DNA from: an uncultured Rhodospirillaceae bacterium
Lineage (GTDB): Bacteria > Pseudomonadota > Alphaproteobacteria > UBA9219
Assembly: GCA_964626265.1 (NCBI GenBank)
Contig: CAZVCG010000004.1
Coordinates: forward strand, 5,713 to 69,712
Length of the DNA: 64,000 nucleotides
Reading direction: 5' to 3'
The notes beneath the pieces are model-generated. The model made no database searches. It saw only the letters and a program-made list of their open reading frames with translations, and was not told the origin of the DNA. Shown piece by piece: positions 56,591 to 64,000 of this stretch. The position numbers and the translations under genes were made by a program. Positions within the stretch are counted from its first letter, which is position 1. Each line of letters begins with the position of its first letter.

Positions 56591-57460
56591 TTATTTATCG
56601 AACGGCGCGACCTTCAGCTCTTTCAAAACCTTGGAGAGAGGCGCCAAGTCTATGGCCGGCACAAAGCCTTTTATCGAGGCTTTTTGGGCGGCAGGGCTAT
56701 CGGCTTTCGTGTTTAGCAACGAAGCCTTGACCTTGTCCTCAACGGCAGCGTCAAGGCCATCGCGCGCAATGACAAACCATTCGGGATATAGAGCCGTTGA
56801 ATGGACCTCAGGGAAGTTGTCGTTGACTTTGTCGACGATGATGAAGTCGTCCAGTTTCAAAAGGCCTTTCTTTTGCATCCCTTCAAGCACGCCAGTACGA
56901 ACGAAACCTGCATCATACAAACCCGTTTTGACGGCCATAGGGATGTCATCCTGTTTTTTGGCCTGCGAAAACGAAGCAAAGTCCGATTTGGCGTCGATGC
57001 CTTTTTGTTTCAGGTGATAAACCTGGAAGAGATAGCCGCCGGCTGAGTCCGTCCCATAGGACATGACTTTTTTGCCCTTAAGATCGGAGGACTTCGAGAT
57101 GCCGCTGGCTTTCGAGGCGAATATAACGCCGCCGAATTCAGACCCCTTGTCCGTATTGACTGTGGCCAACGGCTTGCCTTTGTGTTTCTCGACGATCATC
57201 GCGGACATCGCGGGATTTGTCAGGATCAGATCAACTTCCTTATTGGCGACTGCGCCGTCGATTTTTTCCATGGCGAGCGGTATGAGCTTGACGGGCTGGC
57301 CGACATCTTTTTCGAGCTGGTCGGCAAGCTCGGAATATTCTTCGCGCACTTTGACATCGCCCCGATTTGCGAGCACGCCTAAACTGATGTCGGCTTTCGC
57401 ATGTGTGGGAATGATGAGCGTCATCAGGGAGAAGACGATTACCGCGGATCGTTTTAACAT
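56591..57460 (-). CDS. Periplasmic substrate-binding protein, PhnD/SsuA-like (phosphonate/phosphite-type ABC SBP)
   Basis: Signal peptide plus type-2 SBP fold (ISLGVLANRG ... VMSYGTDSAGGYLFQ). No adjacent permease or ATPase genes. Confidence 0.6.
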   Translation of the reverse strand: MLKRSAVIVFSLMTLIIPTHAKADISLGVLANRGDVKVREEYSELADQLEKDVGQPVKLIPLAMEKIDGAVANKEVDLILTNPAMSAMIVEKHKGKPLATVNTDKGSEFGGVIFASKASGISKSSDLKGKKVMSYGTDSAGGYLFQVYHLKQKGIDAKSDFASFSQAKKQDDIPMAVKTGLYDAGFVRTGVLEGMQKKGLLKLDDFIIVDKVNDNFPEVHSTALYPEWFVIARDGLDAAVEDKVKASLLNTKADSPAAQKASIKGFVPAIDLAPLSKVLKELKVAPFDK

Positions 57461-57603
57461 TGGAATCCTCTTGGCTTTGGTTGAACTGATTGCCAGAGGC
57501 ATAAATATAAACACGTTAACTAATGATTAACCTTATATATATTTGGTTATTATGGTGGGTTGCGGTTCTTTATTAGTTTATTTTGATATTACCGTTCCAT
57601 ATT

Positions 57604-57807
57604 TCAGCGGAACGCTTCGCCAGCCCTGCAACCTAACTTCTTGAGGAATATGGCAAGAGGGCAGAAACCCGTAAATGCCGCCTGAAGCATGTTGGCGCCG
57701 ACAAAAGCCGTGAGCCATAGCCACATAGGCGAATGGATTTGGGAAAACGCTAAACTAATCAGAATGACCGAGCCTGCGAACGCAAATACGATTTTGTCGA
57801 TTGTCAT
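57604..57807 (-). CDS. DUF2892 (YgaP-C-like) small inner-membrane protein
   Basis: 67 aa, two TM helices, FTGFCPLAIFLKKLG motif. Start codon overlaps the stop of the upstream ArsR gene. Confidence 0.65.
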   Translation of the reverse strand: MTIDKIVFAFAGSVILISLAFSQIHSPMWLWLTAFVGANMLQAAFTGFCPLAIFLKKLGCRAGEAFR

Positions 57808-58140
57808 TTATGGACTCCTCTTGTTATCGCCCGTTGCGCAGTAGATGCGGCTTAGCACGTTAACGACTTCCATCACTTCTGGACGTTTAATGCGATAATA
57901 TATCGTTTGCGCGTCGCGACGGGTCGAAACTATATCCGAAGACCTCAGCCGCGCCAAATGTTGCGATAAAGCGGATTGCGACATGCGCGTCCTCTTTATC
58001 AATTCGCTGACGCAATATTCTTTTTCGGCTAAAGCACATAATACTTGCAACCTGCAAGGATGGGAAAGCGCGCGCAAAAGACTTGCAGCTTTGCGGGACG
58101 CAACCGATTTGCCTTCAAAGGATGCTTCTTTCATATTCAT
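57808..58140 (-). CDS. ArsR/SmtB-family transcriptional regulator
   Basis: LLRALSHPCRLQVLCALAEKEYCVSELIKRTRMSQSALSQHLARLRSSDIVSTRRDAQTIYYRI wHTH. Confidence 0.8.
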   Translation of the reverse strand: MNMKEASFEGKSVASRKAASLLRALSHPCRLQVLCALAEKEYCVSELIKRTRMSQSALSQHLARLRSSDIVSTRRDAQTIYYRIKRPEVMEVVNVLSRIYCATGDNKRSP

Positions 58141-58203
58141 GCTTGTATATTAGCGTTATCTGATATATATAGTCAAGCATCCATTCGGTTGCCGAGGTGA
58201 GTC

Positions 58204-59175
58204 ATGAGAATTTTTATTTACCTAGCACTCCCCTTAACCCTTTTATTTGTAAAGCCTTTATCCGCGCAAGAACTTAAAGTGCAGCCCGTGACGGTTACGG
58301 ATCAAAAGGCCGTATACGGGACAGTGGAGAGCGTCAAAACCGTACCTGCTCGCGCCCGCGTTGAAGGGACAATCGAAAGTTTGGAAATAAAAGAAGGCGA
58401 CGAAGTCCAATCAGGCCAAATTTTGGCCAAGGTTTACGACGCCAAACTCAAATTGAAGCTTGATGCCCTTGATTCAAAAATAAAATCACTGAAAACCGAA
58501 CAGGATCTGGCGCAAACGGAATTAAACCGCACACAAGCCCTGATCCGCAGCGGCGCAGAGTCCCAAGCTATACTTGATAAAGCCAAAGCGCGATATGAAT
58601 CCGTGACAAGCGCATTGAACGGCGCAATAGCGGAACGCGGGGTCACGGCGGAACAGCAAAACGAAGCCGACGTTCTTGCTCCCACCTCCGGCCGAATTCT
58701 GAAGGTGAATGTCGTCAATGGCGCAATCGTCCGTCCGGGCGAAAGCGTCGCTGAAATAGCGACGAACAACAGCGTGTTGCGTTTAATGCTTCCCGAACGC
58801 CATGCGCGGTTTATCAAAACGGGCGATAAGGTCATGATCGCCACACGAGGCGATACTGAAGAGAATACGCCGCCCAAATACGAAGGCCGAGTCAGCCTCG
58901 TGTATCCTGAACTCCAGCAGGGTCGCGTTATAGCCGACATAGAGGCCGACGGTTTGGGCGGCTATTTCGTCGGCGAGCGGGCCCGAGTCTATGTCGGGAC
59001 GGGAACCCGCTCCACGTATATCGTTCCCAATGACTATCTTTTCAGACGCTTTGGCTTGACTTTCGTCCGTCTTAACAACGGTCAGGAACTTCCTGTGCAG
59101 ACGGGCCAAGAACATAAGGAAGGCATTGAGATACTTTCAGGTCTACGCGCAGGCGACATCCTGGTGAAGCCATGA
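58204..59175 (+). CDS. RND efflux periplasmic adaptor (membrane fusion protein, HlyD family)
   Basis: Signal/TM, coiled-coil (KLKLKLDALDSKIKSLKTEQDLAQTELNRTQAL), lipoyl and beta-barrel domains. ATGA overlap with the downstream RND permease. Confidence 0.85.
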   Translation: MRIFIYLALPLTLLFVKPLSAQELKVQPVTVTDQKAVYGTVESVKTVPARARVEGTIESLEIKEGDEVQSGQILAKVYDAKLKLKLDALDSKIKSLKTEQDLAQTELNRTQALIRSGAESQAILDKAKARYESVTSALNGAIAERGVTAEQQNEADVLAPTSGRILKVNVVNGAIVRPGESVAEIATNNSVLRLMLPERHARFIKTGDKVMIATRGDTEENTPPKYEGRVSLVYPELQQGRVIADIEADGLGGYFVGERARVYVGTGTRSTYIVPNDYLFRRFGLTFVRLNNGQELPVQTGQEHKEGIEILSGLRAGDILVKP

Positions 59176-62100
59176 AGCTGACGATTTCCGGCAAGCTCAC
59201 GCGGATATTCATTACGTCGAAGATTACGCCTCTCTTGCTACTGGCTTCGCTTTTCATCGGCTTTCTGGCTTTGTCTGCCTTGCCGCGCGAGGAAGAACCG
59301 CAGATCAGCGTGCCTATGGTCGACATCCTCGTATCGGCCAATGGATATAACGCAAACGAAGCAGTCGAATTGATTACGCGTCCGCTTGAGGATATTGTGA
59401 AGGGCATCGACGGCGTCGAGCATGTTTATTCCCGCACGGAAGACGATCATGTCGTCACGACTGCGCGCTTTTATACAGGAACGGATCAAGACGCCGCCAT
59501 TTTGAGGGTGCATGAGAAAATCCGGGCCAATATCCGCGATCTTCCCAAAGGAATTCCGGAACCCGTCATTATCGGGCGGGGCATCAACGATGTCGCTATC
59601 CTGAACGTCACGTTATCCCCTTCGCCTGACAGTAAAGGCAATTGGAACGATAATGCCCTTTATCAACTGGCGCTTGAACTTCAACATGAACTCGCGAAAG
59701 CCGATAACATCGGTCTCAATTACATCGTCGGCGGCAGCCCTAACCAGATCCGTGTGGAGCCAGACACTGAACGTCTGGCGCAATATGGCATAACGCTCAA
59801 CCAACTTGTCGATAAATTGACGAACGCCAACCGTTCTTTTCAGGTTGGTTCACTGCAACAACTCGATAAGGCCTACCCTGTCGTCGCGGGACAAACGTTG
59901 CAGGGAGTGCCGGATATTGACCTGCTTCTAATAACTTCACGTGACGGTCGTCCTGTATATGTGAAAGACGTCGCGAAAGTAGTTGTCGGTGGCGCGCAGG
60001 CGGATGCGCGAGTTTGGAACTTTACGCGCCTGGATTCCGGTAAACTGGATAGACAGCCCGCCGTCACGATTGCTTTCGCAAAACGCAAGGGCGCCAACGC
60101 CGTCACAGTCGCCGACGATATTTTGAATAGACTTGAAGCCGTCAAATCCAGACTCATCCCGCCGGATATTGATATAAGCGTCACGCGCAATTACGGACAA
60201 ACCGCGCTCGAGAAATCCGACGAGCTGATGTTCCATCTGTTGTTCGCCACTATTTCTATCGTTCTTTTGATAACGTGGGCCATAGGATGGCGGGAGGGCG
60301 TCGTCGTTCTTGTCGTCATTCCCACGACAATCTTGCTCACGCTCTTTGCCGCATGGCAGATGGGTTACACGATCAATCGCGTCAGCCTATTTGCGCTGAT
60401 CTTCTCCATCGGCATTCTTGTGGACGATGCCATCGTTATCGTCGAAAATATTGTGCGCCGCTGGAGGTTAGATAAAAACGCCAATATAATAGATACCGCC
60501 GTCGATGCCGTGTCCGAAGTCGGCAATCCGACGATCGTCGCTACGCTTACGATCGTTGCCGCCCTCCTTCCCATGATGTTCGTCAGCGGCATGATGGGCC
60601 CCTATATGAGTCCCATTCCGGCCAACGCCTCTATGGCCATGCTGTTTTCCTTTTTTGTGGCTGAGATCATCACGCCTTGGCTCCTTCTGAAAGTATCAGG
60701 CCACACCTATACGCAAAGCACAGACGAAGATGAGCATGAAGACGGCGGCAAGCTGGGCGCGCTATATAAACGCATCGCGGCGCCGATGCTTGAGAACAGC
60801 AATAAGGCGAAGCGCTTTGTTTTATACGTTGCGCTGGCGACGATGCTTTCCGTTCTATTTTTTCCGTTAAAGCTGGTGACGGTTAAGCTACTGCCGTTTG
60901 ACAACAAATCAGAACTGCAAGTAGTTGTCGATTTACCCAAGGGATCGACCATGGAGTCAACGGACAAAGCTCTTTATGCGCTGGCCGAAAAGCTCAAAGA
61001 CTTGCCCGAACTGACTTCCATTCAATCCTATGTCGGCACGTCGATGCCGTTTAACTTCAACGGTCTCGTGCGCCATTACTATCTGAGATCCTTTCCGGAA
61101 CAAGGCGACCTGCAAATTAATCTTAAACCGAAAGAAGAGAGGAGCCGCAGCAGTCACGAAATTGCCCTCGAAATTCGCAAGCTTCTTAAGGACATTCAAT
61201 TGCCCCATGGCTCTGCATTGAAAGTCGTCGAAGTTCCGCCCGGGCCGCCCGTTCTTTCGACTTTGCTGGCGGAAATTTACGGGCCGGATGCCGCAACGCG
61301 GCGTGATGTCGCTACGAAAGTCCGAGAAGCCTTTTCACAGCAGGATTTCATCACAGACATCGACGACAGTTTCACGCGGCCCGGCGAACGTCTGCGTTTT
61401 TCTATCAATCAGGAAAATCTGGAATATTTCGGCGTGGATGAACAGGCCGTTTATGACACGCTGGCCGCCATCACGGGCGGCATCAAGATCGGCTATTCCC
61501 AACGCTCCGAAGGCATCAAGCCTGTCGATATAACGATCAAGCTGTCTAAGAGCGATTTAACTTTAGGCGAAAAAATCCTTTCCACGCCTGTTCCCGCAGG
61601 AGGAACCAAGCGATCCGGCGACAATGTTGAGCTTGGTGATGTTGTGACAGTGAAGAAAGAATTGGCCTCGTACCCCCTCTTCCGCCGCGACGGGCGTTAT
61701 GTGGAAATGGTCACAGCCGAGCTTGCAGGGCGTTACGAAGCCCCCATCTACGGCATGATGGCCGTCGAAAAAGCGCTCAAGAATATGGATTGGGGCAATC
61801 TGGAACGCCCCGTAGTTCATTACCACGGACAACCGCTTGACGAAGCCAAGCCATCCCTTCTTTGGGATGGCGAATGGGAGGTTACTTATGTGACCTTCCG
61901 TGATATGGGCATTGCTTTTGCAATCGCTATTTTAGGTATCTACCTATTGGTTCTGGCCCAATTCGGTTCATTCCTTGTGCCGCTCATCGTGCTTGTGCCT
62001 GTGCCTCTCACGCTCATAGGCATTGTCATCGGTCACGCTCTTTTCGGCGCGCCGTTTACGGCCACATCCATGATCGGGTTTATCGCGCTGGCCGGCATTA

Positions 62101-62366
62101 TCGTTCGCAACTCGATTTTGCTCATCGACTTTATCCGTAGCCGCCAAGGCGAAGGCCGCGATTTGAAAAGCGTGTTGCTGGAAGCGGGAGCCGTGCGTTT
62201 CAAGCCGATTATGCTCACCGCGCTCGCCGCCATGATCGGCGCGGTCTTTATTCTGGCCGATCCCATTTTTCAAGGACTGGCCATATCTCTGTTGTTCGGC
62301 CTCGCGTCATCGACGTTGCTAACGGTATTGGTAATACCTGCCATTTATATATGGAAAAAAAGCTAA
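59172..62366 (+). CDS. RND-family efflux permease (AcrB/HAE-type, 12 TM)
   Basis: 1064 aa with two large periplasmic loops and conserved TM4/TM10 regions (ALIFSIGILVDDAIVIVENI; GFIALAGIIVRNSILLIDF). Confidence 0.9.
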   Translation: MKLTISGKLTRIFITSKITPLLLLASLFIGFLALSALPREEEPQISVPMVDILVSANGYNANEAVELITRPLEDIVKGIDGVEHVYSRTEDDHVVTTARFYTGTDQDAAILRVHEKIRANIRDLPKGIPEPVIIGRGINDVAILNVTLSPSPDSKGNWNDNALYQLALELQHELAKADNIGLNYIVGGSPNQIRVEPDTERLAQYGITLNQLVDKLTNANRSFQVGSLQQLDKAYPVVAGQTLQGVPDIDLLLITSRDGRPVYVKDVAKVVVGGAQADARVWNFTRLDSGKLDRQPAVTIAFAKRKGANAVTVADDILNRLEAVKSRLIPPDIDISVTRNYGQTALEKSDELMFHLLFATISIVLLITWAIGWREGVVVLVVIPTTILLTLFAAWQMGYTINRVSLFALIFSIGILVDDAIVIVENIVRRWRLDKNANIIDTAVDAVSEVGNPTIVATLTIVAALLPMMFVSGMMGPYMSPIPANASMAMLFSFFVAEIITPWLLLKVSGHTYTQSTDEDEHEDGGKLGALYKRIAAPMLENSNKAKRFVLYVALATMLSVLFFPLKLVTVKLLPFDNKSELQVVVDLPKGSTMESTDKALYALAEKLKDLPELTSIQSYVGTSMPFNFNGLVRHYYLRSFPEQGDLQINLKPKEERSRSSHEIALEIRKLLKDIQLPHGSALKVVEVPPGPPVLSTLLAEIYGPDAATRRDVATKVREAFSQQDFITDIDDSFTRPGERLRFSINQENLEYFGVDEQAVYDTLAAITGGIKIGYSQRSEGIKPVDITIKLSKSDLTLGEKILSTPVPAGGTKRSGDNVELGDVVTVKKELASYPLFRRDGRYVEMVTAELAGRYEAPIYGMMAVEKALKNMDWGNLERPVVHYHGQPLDEAKPSLLWDGEWEVTYVTFRDMGIAFAIAILGIYLLVLAQFGSFLVPLIVLVPVPLTLIGIVIGHALFGAPFTATSMIGFIALAGIIVRNSILLIDFIRSRQGEGRDLKSVLLEAGAVRFKPIMLTALAAMIGAVFILADPIFQGLAISLLFGLASSTLLTVLVIPAIYIWKKS

Positions 62367-62428
62367 TAAATGTTAATTCTTCGTTGTAGTCTGCTTTCAT
62401 CCGAAGTGAATCGCCCCACGAAGCAGCC

Positions 62429-64000
62429 ATGTCACAAAACGCCACTGCTGAGATCCTTGTCGAAGCGCTCAATCACCATCAATCCGGCAGGTTGAACGAC
62501 GCCGAAAAGTTATACCGTAAAATCTTGTCCATTGATCCACATCACGCTGACAGTTTCCATTTATTAGGATTGATTGCCCATCAAGTCGGGAAAAACGACA
62601 TTGGAATTGAATTGATCAACCAGGCCATTCAGTACAGAAACACCGTTCCTACCTATTATTACAATCTTGGTTGCATCCATAAATCCCTAAATCATTTGGA
62701 CGACGCGAAAACCTCCTTTGAACAAGCGCTAGCCCTTAAACCCGACTATGCCGAAGTCATATTGAATTTGGGGAACATTTCTCTCGACATAGGTATGCTC
62801 GACGACGCCAAGTCCCGCTTTGAAAAGGTCATCTCCATCAACCCAAATTTCGCCGAAGCGCACAACAATCTCGGAAACGTATTCCTCAAACAGAGAAAAA
62901 TGGACGAAGCGTTAGTTTGTTATCAACGCGCGTGTAGCCTTGCTCCACACTTTGCCATGGCCTTCAATAATTATGGGAACGCCTTGATGAAAAAAGAGAG
63001 GTTTGACGAGGCAATCCATAATCTTCAACGCGCAAGCGAGCTGAACCCAAATTACGCCGAACCAAGATTCAATTTGGGCCTTACCTATTACCTTGTGGGC
63101 AAACCCCTTGAGGCTTTCAATTCCCTCCGCGCAGCCGTACGTCTGGATCCAGGCAATAGTATGGCGTGGACGCATATGTCCACGTCAATCCAGAAATTGC
63201 GCTTTAGCACGGTTGATCCGATGCTTATTGCCGATCTGGAGAACATGCTGGACCAAAGATCCATTCGCATTGACAATATTGTGCTGCCTGTTCTCAGCGC
63301 CCTGCGTTGTGTTCCTGATTTATCTTCTATATTGGATCAACCCCTTAAATCACAGTTATCTTTTGAAATCGCTTCAGAAAAGCTCACTAGCTATCCTCTA
63401 TTTACAAAACTCTTACAACTCGTTCCTATCAGCGATGCTGAAATCGAAAGATTGCTTACATTCGTTCGCCGTGAACTGATCATGGCGATTGATAAAGGAC
63501 TTGAAACATCAAAAAATCTTCCCTTTTTTGTCGCATTGGCCACGCAGTGTTTCATCAATGAATATGTATATTCAGAAACGGCAGAGGAAAATGAAGCTGT
63601 TGAGCGGCTTGAAGACAATATCAAAATCCGCCTGAATAATGATCATGATATACCCGCCACGTGGTTGGCCTGCCTTGCATCGTATTGTCCGCTCTACCGG
63701 TTTGAATGGGCTGAAAAACTAGCCTCAAAAACATGGCCTGACGAACTCGCTCCTTTAATAGCCCAGCAAATATTAGAACCATTAGAAGAAAAACGCATAC
63801 GCGGCTCCATCCCATGCCTAACCGGTACGACCGATGCTATATCCCAGGCCGTTCGCAACCAATACGAAGAGAACCCTTATCCGCGTTGGATACGCAAAGA
63901 ACTTTTGTCCAAGACTTGGGCGTTTCGCGATTTTCTGTACGACCTATTCCCTGATGAAGACTTTGATGATTATGCGTTTCAGGAAAATACGGACATATTG
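62429..64000 (+). CDS. TPR-repeat protein, N-terminal part; runs off the window end
   Basis: ATG at 62429. I translated by eye to position 64000 without a stop, and the ORF is absent from the track because it has no stop. At least seven TPR units (AEAHNNLGNVFLKQRKMDEAL.CYQRA..L.P), then a non-TPR C-terminal region. Confidence 0.7.
   Translation, partial: MSQNATAEILVEALNHHQSGRLNDAEKLYRKILSIDPHHADSFHLLGLIAHQVGKNDIGIELINQAIQYRNTVPTYYYNLGCIHKSLNHLDDAKTSFEQALALKPDYAEVILNLGNISLDIGMLDDAKSRFEKVISINPNFAEAHNNLGNVFLKQRKMDEALVCYQRACSLAPHFAMAFNNYGNALMKKERFDEAIHNLQRASELNPNYAEPRFNLGLTYYLVGKPLEAFNSLRAAVRLDPGNSMAWTHMSTSIQKLRFSTVDPMLIADLENMLDQRSIRIDNIVLPVLSALRCVPDLSSILDQPLKSQLSFEIASEKLTSYPLFTKLLQLVPISDAEIERLLTFVRRELIMAIDKGLETSKNLPFFVALATQCFINEYVYSETAEENEAVERLEDNIKIRLNNDHDIPATWLACLASYCPLYRFEWAEKLASKTWPDELAPLIAQQILEPLEEKRIRGSIPCLTGTTDAISQAVRNQYEENPYPRWIRKELLSKTWAFRDFLYDLFPDEDFDDYAFQENTDIL

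Noticed and set aside
1-64000. CRISPR arrays, rRNA genes, integrases or transposases
   Set aside because: No direct-repeat/spacer periodicity, no rRNA-like conserved blocks, and no recombinase or transposase-like ORFs were seen. The only repeat family noted is the palindromic MITE-like element.

Overview
This 64-kb window is a gene-dense bacterial chromosomal segment. About 60 coding regions and one tRNA are on both strands, and there are no rRNA or CRISPR features. Gene content and order look alphaproteobacterial, which is my inference from synteny: dnaA divergent from rpsT, an aroQ-accB-accC operon, aat next to DUF2155 and mlaD, a DUF1153 gene, and a TadE/TadG triplet. Housekeeping genes recognised: htpG, rne, aroQ, accB, accC, aat, an alpha2-type glycyl-tRNA synthetase, dnaA, rpsT, prs, rplY(ctc), pth, ychF, yebC, a phosphohexomutase, ubiA, yejBEF, rpmG, sppA, pgsA, uvrC and tRNA-Pro(UGG). 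Accessory content: a methyl-accepting chemotaxis protein, two ArsR + DUF2892 modules (YgaV/YgaP-like), an RND efflux pair, a BrnT/BrnA toxin-antitoxin pair and several ORFans. The most unusual items: (i) a ~120-133-bp palindromic repeat with inverted termini gtcat(t)cccg...cgggaatgac, seen once between genes and once translated in frame inside the conserved ABC ATPase yejF, as Rickettsia palindromic elements do; (ii) a full-length paralogue of class II ribonucleotide reductase (NrdJ) that appears to lack the catalytic thiyl-radical motif; (iii) a protein with degenerate GGDEF and degenerate EAL domains beside a PAS sensor; (iv) a ~1.4-kb AT-rich insertion with two ORFans splitting the normally contiguous prs-ctc-pth-ychF cluster; (v) a lipoprotein plus a His/Pro-rich membrane ORFan at the 3' side of tRNA-Pro. 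All family calls rest on motif recognition by eye and remembered consensus sequences, and no database search was run.
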